Shown: piece by piece, positions 29,533-39,587 of the stretch
Layout of the letters: each line of letters opens with the position of its first letter
How positions within the stretch are numbered: the first letter of the stretch is position 1
From: Candidatus Latescibacterota bacterium
Lineage (GTDB): Bacteria; Latescibacterota; UBA2968; GCA-2709665
Assembly: GCA_965248435.1 (NCBI GenBank)
Contig: OZ252100.1
Location: forward strand, 4,128,001-4,192,000
Reading direction: 5' to 3'
DNA: 64,000 bases
Notes under the pieces: generated by a model
Seen by the model: only the letters and a program-made list of their open reading frames with translations
What the model was told of the DNA's origin: nothing
Databases searched by the model: none
Made by a program: the position numbers and the translations under genes

Positions 29533-31110
29533 CTATTGATAGCGTACCCACAACTCCAGACCGGAGAGGTCGACCGGGCCGGTGAGGCCGGAGGCCCGAT
29601 CACCCAGGGTCAGCTCGACCTTGTTCTCACCCTTTTCCATGAAGGGTTCCAGTTTCACGTCTGTGTATAGCGTAAAGACCTGGTACTCCACGCTTCGGAG
29701 GCTGTGACCTCCCCACTCGCTCGAGCTCACCCCTTTTTGTCTCTCCGCCCAGGGGTTTTCTGGGGTCACGGGCTGTGGGTGCTTCAGTTCACGGCCGTTG
29801 AGCTTCACGGCGAGCGTGTCCTGCCGGGGGTCGAAGTTGGTCAGGGAGAGACGGAGTTTGAGCAGGGCCAGCGCGTCGTCGGCAGCGGCCTTCTGCACGT
29901 CGTCTCCGATGATGAGTGCTGCCGACTTCGGTGATCCTTTTTCCAGACGCACCGGCAGGATGCCCGGCGCGCATCCGTTGCCGAGGCAGCCTCCAACGTA
30001 GCTGGGATTCATGACATAGTGCTTGTCTCTTCGCGCGATCAGATCGGGGTCTCCGATCTCCTTGATCGGTTCGAGGTGCCCGGGGAGTCTGAGGTTGAAG
30101 GTATAGATGCCGTCGGCACCGCAGTTGAAGAAGTGGGAACAGACGGCGCGGTCGAACTCCACTCCGGTGGAGCGGTAGAGGCAGGGGTAGAGCGGCACGT
30201 CATACTTGTGGGCCAGTTTGGCCCAATCGGCGACGGGGATGGTGTAGTAGGTGTAGTGACCGCCCACCGCGAGGACGTCCAGGAGCCCCTCTTTCAGCCA
30301 GGTCTCCACGTCCAGGCCCATTCGGAGGTTGATCTCCAGCGTGTCGAAGACCCGGGGCGCGATCACGATGGGACGTCCCCGTTCGGCCTCGATCTCCGTC
30401 ACGCGCTCACGGGTCTTGCGCATGAAGTCCGTCATCATGTCGATGTGCTTCTGCTCAGCGGGCTGTTGATACATCGTCGGTTTGAACAGGATGGGCCAGC
30501 GCCAGAAGTCAAGCTCCATCCCGTCGACGTCGTATCGGCTGCAGATGTCGTCGATAATCGCGAGGCGCTGGTCCCGCACGGCCTGGTGTTCCCAGTCGAG
30601 CGCGGACCAGCAGGTGCGCTCGTCGTCATTGTCGCTGTTCGTCCCCATCCCGCGCTCGCCCAGACAGTACTCGGGGTGCTCGCGTTTGAACCGGGAGGCG
30701 AAGTAGGGCCTCCAGGAGTCCTGGATCATGTTCATGCGGAAGCTCGCGAAGACCTCCCTGCCGACCCCGTGACCCCAGTCCGTGACGAACTTGAGGGGGT
30801 CCGTCCCTCTTTCCATCATGGTCTTGATCGTGTTCCACATCGCGCCCCAGGTCTTCTGGTCCGCCTTCGGCATTCCCGGGACCTGAACCTTGCCGGCGAT
30901 TTCGTCTACCCTCGTGTCGTAGAGGAGGTTGTCCGCGCCGACGATGAAACTCCACCAGATGCTGTCCACCTGCGTATCCAGGATGTGGCCGAGTCGGCTG
31001 TCCAGAAACGCTTCCTCGGTATACGTGTTCGGGTCGAACAGGACGCCGCCATCGTCGTTGAAAATGATGCGGCGTTTCCTGTGGATGGCTTTATGTCTAT
31101 CGATGCTCAC
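29533..31110 (-). CDS. GHL10-like protein, array copy 5
   Basis: GTG start at 31110 after GGAGG gives (M)SIDRHK like the paralogs. Confidence 0.75.
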   Translation of the reverse strand: MSIDRHKAIHRKRRIIFNDDGGVLFDPNTYTEEAFLDSRLGHILDTQVDSIWWSFIVGADNLLYDTRVDEIAGKVQVPGMPKADQKTWGAMWNTIKTMMERGTDPLKFVTDWGHGVGREVFASFRMNMIQDSWRPYFASRFKREHPEYCLGERGMGTNSDNDDERTCWSALDWEHQAVRDQRLAIIDDICSRYDVDGMELDFWRWPILFKPTMYQQPAEQKHIDMMTDFMRKTRERVTEIEAERGRPIVIAPRVFDTLEINLRMGLDVETWLKEGLLDVLAVGGHYTYYTIPVADWAKLAHKYDVPLYPCLYRSTGVEFDRAVCSHFFNCGADGIYTFNLRLPGHLEPIKEIGDPDLIARRDKHYVMNPSYVGGCLGNGCAPGILPVRLEKGSPKSAALIIGDDVQKAAADDALALLKLRLSLTNFDPRQDTLAVKLNGRELKHPQPVTPENPWAERQKGVSSSEWGGHSLRSVEYQVFTLYTDVKLEPFMEKGENKVELTLGDRASGLTGPVDLSGLELWVRYQ

Positions 31111-31130
31111 TTCGTTACCCTCCTTAGAAA

Positions 31131-31230
31131 CGGTTTCGAGTTTCGGGTTTCGAGTTGAAGACAAAACAGTAAGCGAGTTCAAAGCTCATTCGATATGAAC
31201 TAGAAACTAGAGACTGGAAACCAGAAACTA
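31131..31230. repeat. Inverted pair of heptamer tandem repeats (GTTTCGA / AACTAGA type)
   Basis: gtttcgagtttcgggtttcgag ... aactagaaactagagactggaaaccagaaac. Confidence 0.65.
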
Positions 31231-32793
31231 TTGATAGCTGATAAACAGCTCTAGGCCTACGATGTCGACCGGGCCCGTCAGGCCGGAAGCGCGCGGACGC
31301 AGGGAGACTTCGACGCTGTTTTCGCCGACTTCCAGGTTCGGCTCGATCGGAACGTCTGTGTAGAGCGTGAAGACCGCGAATTCCACGCTTCGGATTCCCT
31401 CTTCGAGCCAGTCGTGCGTGTCCTTGCCCCGTTTGGCCCAGGGGTTCTCGGGCCGCACCTGCTGGGGGTGCCTGAGCTCGCGGCCGTTGAGCTTCACGGC
31501 GAGCGTGTCCTGGCGGGGATCGAAGTTCGTCAGGGAGAGGCGAAGTCTGATCAGAGACAGCGCGTCGTCGGCCGCGGCCTTCCGCACGTCGTCCCCGATG
31601 ATAAGCTTCGCCGTCTCCGGCGTTCCTTCGGTCAGCCGCACCGGCAGGAGGCCCGGCGCGCACCCGATACCGAGGGCGCCTCCTTCGTAGCTGGGATTCA
31701 TGACGTAGTGCTTGTCTCTTCGCGCGATCAGATCGGGGTCTCCGATCTCCTTGATCGGTTCGAGGTGCTCGGGAAGCCTCAGGTTGAAGGAGTAGATGCC
31801 GTCGGCACCGGAGTTGAAGAAGTGGGAGGCGACGGCCCTGTCGAATTCCACACCGGTGGATCGATACAGACACGGGTAGAAGGGCACGTCGTACTTGTGA
31901 GCCAGCTCAGCCCATTCGGAGACCGGGATGGAGTAGTAGGTGTAATGGCCGCCCACGATGAGGAGGTCGAGGAGCCCCTCTTCCAGCCAGGTCTCCACGT
32001 CCAGACCCAGCCAGCGATTGATCTCGAGGGTGTCGAAGACCCGCGGCGCAATCACGAAGGGCCGTCCCAGCTCGGCTTCGATCGCCGTCACCCGCTCGCG
32101 GGTCTTGCGCATGAAGTCGGTCATCGCGTCGAGATGCCGCTGTTCGACCGGCTTCCGGTCCAGGGTCGGTTTGAAGTAGGCGGGCCACCGCCAGAAGTCC
32201 AGCTCTATGCCGTCGATGTCGTAGTCTCTGCAGAGCTCTTCGATGATCGCGAGGCGCTGGTCGTGCACCGCCTCGTGCTCCCAGTCGAGCGCGGACCACA
32301 TGACCCTGGTCAGATCGTCGTCGGATTGGCCCATGCCGCGTTCGCCCAGACACAGCTCTGGATGCTCCCGCTTCCATTTGGACCAGAACTGCGGCCGCCA
32401 CGAGTCCTTGGGCATGTTCATGCGGTAGCTGGGGAATACCTCCAGGCTGTGCTTGCGACAGAATTCGATGACCACGCCCAGTGGATCCGTCCCCCGGTCG
32501 ATAAACTCCTTGATGTTGCGCCACGTCAGCGCCATGCCTTCCAGATCGGGCTTTGGGGCCCCGGGAACCGGATGCTGGCCGTAGATCTCGCCCGCCTTCG
32601 TATCGTAACGGTAGACTTCTGCGCCGGAAACGCTCCACCAGACGCTGTCCACCTGTGTTCCGGCCACGTGGTTTAGCCGCTCCGCGAGAAACCCCTCCGG
32701 CGTGCTCGATGTTTCGCGGTGAAGGTATCCCGCGTCGTCGTTGAAGATGATGCGACGCTGGCGGTGTATGGCTTGATGTCTATCGATGCTCAT
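31228..32793 (-). CDS. GHL10-like protein, array copy 6
   Basis: Same motifs. Confidence 0.75.
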   Translation of the reverse strand: MSIDRHQAIHRQRRIIFNDDAGYLHRETSSTPEGFLAERLNHVAGTQVDSVWWSVSGAEVYRYDTKAGEIYGQHPVPGAPKPDLEGMALTWRNIKEFIDRGTDPLGVVIEFCRKHSLEVFPSYRMNMPKDSWRPQFWSKWKREHPELCLGERGMGQSDDDLTRVMWSALDWEHEAVHDQRLAIIEELCRDYDIDGIELDFWRWPAYFKPTLDRKPVEQRHLDAMTDFMRKTRERVTAIEAELGRPFVIAPRVFDTLEINRWLGLDVETWLEEGLLDLLIVGGHYTYYSIPVSEWAELAHKYDVPFYPCLYRSTGVEFDRAVASHFFNSGADGIYSFNLRLPEHLEPIKEIGDPDLIARRDKHYVMNPSYEGGALGIGCAPGLLPVRLTEGTPETAKLIIGDDVRKAAADDALSLIRLRLSLTNFDPRQDTLAVKLNGRELRHPQQVRPENPWAKRGKDTHDWLEEGIRSVEFAVFTLYTDVPIEPNLEVGENSVEVSLRPRASGLTGPVDIVGLELFISYQ

Positions 32794-32835
32794 GGCGTGA
32801 TTCTCTTAGCCGTGATGATAAAAGAAGCTATGCCT

Positions 32836-32922
32836 GACCACAGACCACGGACCACAGACGGCTAAGACATGGGACATCACGCTATTCAATCCTGCGGTCC
32901 GCGGTCTGTTGTCCGCCGTCTG
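32836..32922. repeat. Inverted pair of GACCACA/GACCGCG-type heptamer repeats
   Basis: gaccacagaccacggaccacagacggc ... ctgcggtccgcggtctgttgtccgccgtc. Confidence 0.7.
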
Positions 32923-32926
32923 CATT

Positions 32927-34498
32927 TCATTGATAGCTGATGAAGAGCTCCAGGCCGGTGAGATCCACGGGTCCTGCGAGACCCGATGCACGAGCGCCCA
33001 GGGTGAGCTCGACCTTGTTTTCGCCCTTTGTCAGGCTGGGTTCGACAGGAACGTCAGTGAAGAGTCTAAACACCGTGAATTCGAGACTCCCGACGTTGCT
33101 CCCCCTCCACTCACGGGTTTCCACCCCTCTTTTTGCCCAGGGATTTTCAGTCGGTACGGGCTGAGAGCGCCGTGGGACAAGACCGTTGACTTTAGCGGTC
33201 AGCTCGTCCTGATAGGGATTGAAGTTCGTCAACGACAGCCGAAGTTTGATTTCGGCCAGACTGTCTTCGGACCAAGCTTGCTTGACGTCGTCGCCGATCA
33301 CGAGCTTTGCCGTCGCATGCGATCCTTCCTCCAACCGCACTGGCAGGAGACCGGGAGCACATCCGTTCCGGAGACAGACGGAATTGACGGAGTGATTCAT
33401 CACGTAATGCTTGTCTCTCCGCGCGATCAGCTCGGGGTCTCCGATTTCCTTGATGGGCTCCAGGTGCCGGGGAAGTCTCAGGTTGAAGGTGTAGATGCCG
33501 TCCGCACCGGAACTGAAGTAGTGCGTCGCGACGGCCCTGTCGAATTCCACACCGGTGGAGCGATACAAACAGGGGTAGAAGGGCACATCATATTTGTGAG
33601 CCAGATCGGCCCATTCGGAGACGGGGAAAGAGTAGTAGGTATAGCTCCCTCCCACGACCAGGACGTCAAGGAGGCCTTCTTCTAGCCAGGTCTCCACGTC
33701 CAGGCCCATCCTGCGGTTGATCTCTGTCGTGTCGAAGACGCGGGGCGCAATCACGATGGGCCGTCCCCGTTCGGCTTCGATCTCCGTCACCCGCTCGCGG
33801 GTCTTGCGCATGAAGTCGGTCACCATGTCGATGTGCTTCTGCTCAACGGGCTCGTGATAAAGGGTTGGTTTGAACAGGATCGGCCAGCGCCAGAAGTCCA
33901 GCTCCATGCCGTCGACCTCGTACCGGCTGCAGACGTCGTCGATCAGAGACAGGCGCTGGTCACGCACGGCCTCGTGTTCCCAATCCAATGCCGACCAGCA
34001 GAGTCGTTCCTCTTCATTGTCGCTGTTCTCTCCCATTCCACGCTCGCCCAGGCAGTACTCGGGGTGCTCCCGCTTCCACCTGGAGTGGAAGTCGCGCCGC
34101 CAGGAGTCCTGGATCATGTTGATTCGGAAGCTCGCGAAGACTTCCCTGCCGACACCGTGACCCCAGTCGACGACGAACTTCAAGGGATCGGTCCCTCTGG
34201 CCATCATGGCTTTGACGTTGTCGTACTGGATATTCAGCCTTTCGAGCTCGCTCTTCGGCGCTCCGGGATAGGGTGCACTGCCCACAATATCGCCTACGCG
34301 GGTGTCGTAGAGGAGGAGGTCCGCATTCTTGTTGAAGCTCCACCAGATACTGTCAACCTGGGTGTCCAGGATGTGGCCGAGCCGGCTGTCGAGAAATCCC
34401 TCCTCGGTGTGCGCCTTCGGGTCGTGAACGACGCCGGCATCGTCGTTGAAGATGATGCGACGTCGCCTGTGTATGGCTTCGTGTCTATCGATGCTCAT
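32927..34498 (-). CDS. GHL10-like protein, array copy 7
   Basis: Same motifs. Confidence 0.75.
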   Translation of the reverse strand: MSIDRHEAIHRRRRIIFNDDAGVVHDPKAHTEEGFLDSRLGHILDTQVDSIWWSFNKNADLLLYDTRVGDIVGSAPYPGAPKSELERLNIQYDNVKAMMARGTDPLKFVVDWGHGVGREVFASFRINMIQDSWRRDFHSRWKREHPEYCLGERGMGENSDNEEERLCWSALDWEHEAVRDQRLSLIDDVCSRYEVDGMELDFWRWPILFKPTLYHEPVEQKHIDMVTDFMRKTRERVTEIEAERGRPIVIAPRVFDTTEINRRMGLDVETWLEEGLLDVLVVGGSYTYYSFPVSEWADLAHKYDVPFYPCLYRSTGVEFDRAVATHYFSSGADGIYTFNLRLPRHLEPIKEIGDPELIARRDKHYVMNHSVNSVCLRNGCAPGLLPVRLEEGSHATAKLVIGDDVKQAWSEDSLAEIKLRLSLTNFNPYQDELTAKVNGLVPRRSQPVPTENPWAKRGVETREWRGSNVGSLEFTVFRLFTDVPVEPSLTKGENKVELTLGARASGLAGPVDLTGLELFISYQ

Positions 34499-34592
34499 GG
34501 AGTGATCCTTCTAGTGATATCGTGGATCGTCGTTCGTGAATCGAGACCTAACCCCCCGGCCCCCGGCTGCCATATCAAAATCGGTTGTGCTT

Positions 34593-34674
34593 GACCGCAG
34601 ACTACGGACGGCTAGAAGACCTGAAATATCGAGTTATTCATCCTGCGGTCCACTGTCCGCCGTTCGCCGTCCGC
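34593..34674. repeat. Inverted pair of GACCGCA-type heptamer repeats
   Basis: gaccgcagactacggacggc ... ctgcggtccactgtccgccgttcgccgtccgc. Confidence 0.65.
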
Positions 34675-34676
34675 AT

Positions 34677-36245
34677 CTATCGATACCGGATGAAGAGCTC
34701 GACGCCGACAAGATCGACCGGTCCGGTCAACCCGGAGGTGCGCGGTCTCAGGGTTACATCGATGCTGTTTTCGCCCTTTGTCACGGTTGGTTCAACAGGT
34801 ATGTCGGTGTAGATCGTAAACACCGTGAATTCGAGACTGCGGACCCGATCCTCGATGCCCTTCCACTCGGGAGCCGAGCCCCTCACGGTCCAGGGATTCT
34901 CAGGTTCTACGGGTCGAGGTCGCCGCAGCTCACGGCCATTGAGTACGGCAGTCACTTCGTCCTGATACGGGTCGAAGTTGGTCAGCGATAGACGGAGTCT
35001 CAGCTCCATCAGGGCATCTTCGTCCGCGGCCGCCTGCACGTCGTCTCCGATGAGGAGCTTCGCCGTAGTGGGCCTGTCCTCCTCCATCCGAACGGGCAGG
35101 AGACCCGGCGCGCAGCCGTTCCGGAGGCACACGGACTTCGACGAATGGTTCATCACGTAGTGCTTGTTTCTTCTGTCGATGAGCTGAGGGTCTCCGATCT
35201 CCTTGATGGGCGGGACGTGCCTGGGAAGTTTGAAGTTGAAGGTGTAGACACCATCCGAGCCGCAGCTGAAGTGGTAGGACGTGACTGCCCGGTCCTGCTC
35301 GACCGTCGTGGACCGATACAGGCAGACGTAGAGCGGCACGTCGTATCTGTGGGCCAGTTCGGCCCATTCGGAAACGGAGATGGAGTAGTAGGTGTAGTCG
35401 CCGCCCACGACCAGGATGTCCAGCAGGCCCTCTTCCAGCCAGGTCTCCACGTCCAGGCCCATGCGACGATTGACCTCGAGTGTGTCGAAGACCCGCGGGG
35501 CAAGCAGCAGGGGCCGCCCCCGCTCGGACTCGATCTCCATCATCCGGCTGCGTACGCGGCGCATGAAGTCGGTCATCACGTCTAGATGCCGCTGCTCGAC
35601 CGGCTTCTGCTCCAGGGTCGGCTTGAAGAGGATGGGCCAGCGCCAGAAGTCCAGCTCCATGCCGTCCACATCGTAGCCGGAGCATACCTCCTCGATCACC
35701 GCCAGGCGCTGATCGCGCACGGCCTCGTGTTCCCAGTCGAGTGCAGACCAGCAAAGGTGCAGGTCATCGTTGTCGCTGTTTACGTAGCTGCCCCGCTCAC
35801 CGAGGCAGAACTCGGGATGCTCGCGCTTCCATTTCGTCCTGAAGCTCCGCTGCCAGGTGTCCTGTATCATGTTCATTCTGTAGCTGGCGAACATCTCCAG
35901 GCCGTGCTTCCGGCAGAAGTCGAGGACGACGCGAAGGGTGTCGGTGTCCCGGTCGAGGAGTGCCTTGATGTTGCGCCAGTGGACGGTCTCTTCGCCGGGC
36001 TTCCGAACACCGGGCCACGGACCGCTGTCGGCAATCTCACCGACCTTCGTGTCGTAGAGAAGGACGTCGGCGCCGCCCACGAAGCTGAGCCAGACACTAT
36101 CGACCTGAGTGTCGATCACGTGGTCGAGCCGGTGGGAAAGGTAGGCCTCTGGTGTGGTCGATCTTTCCTGACCGATCGCCTCATTGTCGTCGTTAAAGAT
36201 GATGCGACGGCGCCTGTGGATGGCTTCGTGTCTATCGATGCTCAC
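34677..36245 (-). CDS. GHL10-like protein, array copy 8
   Basis: Same motifs. Confidence 0.75.
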   Translation of the reverse strand: MSIDRHEAIHRRRRIIFNDDNEAIGQERSTTPEAYLSHRLDHVIDTQVDSVWLSFVGGADVLLYDTKVGEIADSGPWPGVRKPGEETVHWRNIKALLDRDTDTLRVVLDFCRKHGLEMFASYRMNMIQDTWQRSFRTKWKREHPEFCLGERGSYVNSDNDDLHLCWSALDWEHEAVRDQRLAVIEEVCSGYDVDGMELDFWRWPILFKPTLEQKPVEQRHLDVMTDFMRRVRSRMMEIESERGRPLLLAPRVFDTLEVNRRMGLDVETWLEEGLLDILVVGGDYTYYSISVSEWAELAHRYDVPLYVCLYRSTTVEQDRAVTSYHFSCGSDGVYTFNFKLPRHVPPIKEIGDPQLIDRRNKHYVMNHSSKSVCLRNGCAPGLLPVRMEEDRPTTAKLLIGDDVQAAADEDALMELRLRLSLTNFDPYQDEVTAVLNGRELRRPRPVEPENPWTVRGSAPEWKGIEDRVRSLEFTVFTIYTDIPVEPTVTKGENSIDVTLRPRTSGLTGPVDLVGVELFIRYR

Positions 36246-36302
36246 GGCGTGATCCTGCTATGGAAGAATGTATCTCGTCCTAGGAAACTCGGGGACCACA
36301 TT

Positions 36303-37838
36303 TTATCGATACTTGATGAATAACTCGACGCGTACGACGTCGACGGGCTTGTGCGCGTAGGGCGACCGGCGCACGAGCGTTACTTCCACCGCGTTGTGGC
36401 CCTGTGATACCGGAGGCTCGCGACGGACATCGGTGTGTATCGTGTAGACAGGGAACTGCAACACGCAGTCATTTTCTACGATCTCGGTCTTCCTCGGGCG
36501 CTTCATCTTTCGCCCGTTGAGCTTGACCGTGACCTCGTCTTCCTCGGGATCGAAGTGGGATAGCGACAGGTGCACGTCGAGGGTGAACAGCGTATCATTC
36601 AACGCGGCCTGCTGCACGTCGTCACCGATGACGAAGGAGACGGTCCGCGGCTCGCCTTCCGCGAGGCGCGCTGGCAGCGGACTCGGTGCGCACCCGCGCG
36701 CCCAGATCGGGTCGTCCTCCTCAGCCTTGAAGAGTCCGGCGAACACGTAGTGCTTTTCCATGGTCGCGATCAGGTCGGGTTCGCCGATCTCGCTGATCAT
36801 CTGCAGGTCCTTCGGCATCTTCACGTTGAAGGTGTAGACGCCCGCCGCGCCCTGCGTGCGAAAATTCGTCGCCACGGCGCGGTCCTGTTCGGGACTCGTG
36901 GACCGGTACTTGCACGGATAGACCGGCACGTCGTGCGGCCGCGCCAGCTCGACCCAGTCGGATACCGGGATTCGGTTCTCACCGTAGGATCCGCCGACGA
37001 CAAGGAGGTCGATCAGCCCCTCATTCAACCAGGTTTCGACGTCTATGCCGGCACGGAGGTTGGTCTCGATCGTCTCGAACACGCGCGGCGCCAGGAGCAG
37101 GGGGTGGCCCTTATCCTCCTCGATCGCCGTCATGCGCGCACGAAGCTGCCGCATGAAGTCGTTCATGATATCGATATGCCGCTGCTCGACCGGCAGGTTG
37201 TCGAGGTTGGGCTTGAAGAGCATCGGCCATCGCCAGAAGTCCAGCTCCACGCCGTCCACGTCGTAGTTCGCGCAGATCTCCTCCATCACGGCCAGACGCC
37301 GGTCGCGAACGGCCTGATGCTCGTAGTCCAGGGCGGACCAGAACCATTTGCGCGGGTCATCATGCTCGCCGTACTCGTAGCTGCCACGAACACCGAGGCA
37401 GAGCTCGGGATGGTCGCGCTTCCATTGCGTCCTGCAGTTTGGCCACCAGGAGTCCTGGATCATGTTCGTTCGGAAGCTGGCGAGCACCTCCAGGTCGTGC
37501 TTTCTGCAGAAATCGATGACCAGCTGGAGGGGATCGGTTCCCTGTTCGATAAGCATCCTGAGGTTGCGTCCGATCACGGACTCCTCGCCCGGCTTCCGAA
37601 CGCCGGGCCACTCCCCGCTGTCGGCGACCTCGCCGACCTTCGTGTTGTAGAGGAGATTGTCGGAGCTGGTCATGATGCTGATCCAGACGCTGTCCACGTG
37701 CGTGTCGATCACGTGGTCGAGCCGGTAGGAATAATAGCCCTCGGGCGTCGTGGCTGTCTCCTGGTGGATGGGGGCGTTGTCGTCGTTGAAGATGACGCGA
37801 CGAGGTCTATGTATGGCTTTCTTTCGGTCGATGCTCAC
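36303..37838 (-). CDS. GHL10-like protein, array copy 9 (most divergent C-terminal half)
   Basis: Same core motifs, DGVELDFWRWP. Confidence 0.75.
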   Translation of the reverse strand: MSIDRKKAIHRPRRVIFNDDNAPIHQETATTPEGYYSYRLDHVIDTHVDSVWISIMTSSDNLLYNTKVGEVADSGEWPGVRKPGEESVIGRNLRMLIEQGTDPLQLVIDFCRKHDLEVLASFRTNMIQDSWWPNCRTQWKRDHPELCLGVRGSYEYGEHDDPRKWFWSALDYEHQAVRDRRLAVMEEICANYDVDGVELDFWRWPMLFKPNLDNLPVEQRHIDIMNDFMRQLRARMTAIEEDKGHPLLLAPRVFETIETNLRAGIDVETWLNEGLIDLLVVGGSYGENRIPVSDWVELARPHDVPVYPCKYRSTSPEQDRAVATNFRTQGAAGVYTFNVKMPKDLQMISEIGEPDLIATMEKHYVFAGLFKAEEDDPIWARGCAPSPLPARLAEGEPRTVSFVIGDDVQQAALNDTLFTLDVHLSLSHFDPEEDEVTVKLNGRKMKRPRKTEIVENDCVLQFPVYTIHTDVRREPPVSQGHNAVEVTLVRRSPYAHKPVDVVRVELFIKYR

Positions 37839-37885
37839 TGCGTGATCCTCCTAGCCGTGATGATAAGTAAAGGAGAGCTATGTTC

Positions 37886-37961
37886 GACCGCAGACGACGG
37901 ACCGCGGACCGCCAAACCCGAATCACGTTATTCATCTCGCGGTCTGCCGTCCGCCGTCGGC
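37886..37961. repeat. Inverted pair of GACCGCA-type heptamer repeats
   Basis: gaccgcagacgacggaccgcggaccgc ... gcggtctgccgtccgccgtcggc. Confidence 0.7.
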
Positions 37962-37963
37962 AT

Positions 37964-39532
37964 CTATTGATAGCGAATGAATAGCTCCAGCCCGACGAGG
38001 TCCACCGGGCCGGTGAAGCCGGAGACGCGCGGACCCAGATTCAGGTCGATGCTGTTTTCTCCCTTCGTCACGTTGGGTTCAATCGAGATGTCAGACATGA
38101 TGTTGAACAGCGGGAAATCCAGACACCGGACGCGGTCCTCTATCCCGGACCATTCTCCCCCTGCCTTGCCCCGCTGAGCCCAGGGATTCTCGGTCGACAC
38201 GGGCCGGGGCCGACGAAGCTCGCGACCGTTGACCCTGACGGTGACCTCGTCCCGGTTCGGGTCGAAGTTCGTGAGGGAGAGGCGAAGCCGGAGTTCCGAC
38301 AGGGCGCCTTCGGAGGCGGCCTCCTGTACGTCATCACTGTTGATGAGCGTAGCCTGTGTCTTAGAACTCTCCTCGAGCCGCACCGGCAGGAGGCCCGGCG
38401 CGCATCCGTTACCCAGAACGCCCCCTCCCTGTGCGTGATCCATCACGTAATGTTTGTCCTTTCGTGCGATCAGGTCGAGGTCGCCGATTTCTTTAACGGT
38501 CTGGAGGGCCCCCGGGAGCCTGACGTTGAAGGTGTAGATGCCGTCAGCGCCGCAGTCGTAATAATGAGTGGCGAGGGCGCGGTCGAATTCCACGCCGGTA
38601 GACCGATACATGCAGGGGTAGAGGGGCACGTCGTACTTGCGGGCAAGGTCGGACCACTCCCGGAGGGGGATCGAGTAGTTGGTGTAGTGACCCCCGACGA
38701 CGAGGATGTCGAGGAGACCTTCTTCGAGCCAGGTCTCGACGTCCAGGCCCAGCCTGCGATTGATCTCCAGCGTATCGAACAGGTGGGGGGCGAGCAACAG
38801 GGGTCGTCCACGCCCTGACTCGACTTCCGTCACCATACTACGTGCGCGGCGCATGAAGTCTGTCATCGCGTCGAGATGCCGCTGCTCGACCGGCTTCTGC
38901 ACCAGTGTGGGCTTGAAGTAGGCGGGCCACCGCCAGAAGTCCAGCTCCACGCCGTCGACATCGTACTGGCAGAGTTCCTCGAGGATTCCGAACCGATAGT
39001 CGCGCACGGCCTCGTGCTCGTAGTCGAGTGCGGACCAGCAGTTCCGCAGGTCGTCATTGTCGCTGTTCTCGTATGCGCCCCTTTCGCCAAGACAATACTC
39101 GGGGTGCTCTCGCTTGAACCGGGTGCCGAAGGCGGGCCTCCACGAGTCCTGGATCATGTTTAAGCGGTAGCTGGCGAACACTTCTCTGCCAACGCCGTGG
39201 CCCCAGTCGACGACGAACTTGAGCGGGTCGCCGCCCCGGTCCATGAAGGCCTTGATGTTTCGCCAGACCGTGGCGAATCTCTTCAGGTCAGCCTTGGGCG
39301 CGCCTGGAATGGGATCTTTTCCGCCCACGTCACCGACCTTGCTGTCGAACTTGAGGTGGTCCGCGCCGGTCATGATCGACCACCAGATGCTGTCGATCTG
39401 TGTATCCAGGATGTGGCCGAGCGGCGAGGCGAGCAGCCCTGCCTCGGTATGCCCGCTCGGGTCATTCATAGTTGCGGAGTCGTCGTTGAGGATGATGCGA
39501 CGTCTGCGGTGTATGGCTTCTCGTCTATCCAA
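37964..39532 (-). CDS. GHL10-like protein, array copy 10 (first transcribed; TTG start)
   Basis: AAGGA leader like copy 7; (M)DRREAIHRRRRIILNDD. Confidence 0.72.
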   Translation of the reverse strand: MDRREAIHRRRRIILNDDSATMNDPSGHTEAGLLASPLGHILDTQIDSIWWSIMTGADHLKFDSKVGDVGGKDPIPGAPKADLKRFATVWRNIKAFMDRGGDPLKFVVDWGHGVGREVFASYRLNMIQDSWRPAFGTRFKREHPEYCLGERGAYENSDNDDLRNCWSALDYEHEAVRDYRFGILEELCQYDVDGVELDFWRWPAYFKPTLVQKPVEQRHLDAMTDFMRRARSMVTEVESGRGRPLLLAPHLFDTLEINRRLGLDVETWLEEGLLDILVVGGHYTNYSIPLREWSDLARKYDVPLYPCMYRSTGVEFDRALATHYYDCGADGIYTFNVRLPGALQTVKEIGDLDLIARKDKHYVMDHAQGGGVLGNGCAPGLLPVRLEESSKTQATLINSDDVQEAASEGALSELRLRLSLTNFDPNRDEVTVRVNGRELRRPRPVSTENPWAQRGKAGGEWSGIEDRVRCLDFPLFNIMSDISIEPNVTKGENSIDLNLGPRVSGFTGPVDLVGLELFIRYQ

Positions 39533-39587
39533 GATTACTTGATCCTTCTGGCAATACCGTTGATCGTCGTTCGTCGTTCGTCGATCG

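Noticed and set aside
22639-39532. Array as a diversity-generating retroelement target or as a duplicated-assembly artefact
   Set aside because: No reverse transcriptase or template repeat in the window, variation is not adenine-specific, and the copies and spacers are too divergent to be one locus assembled repeatedly
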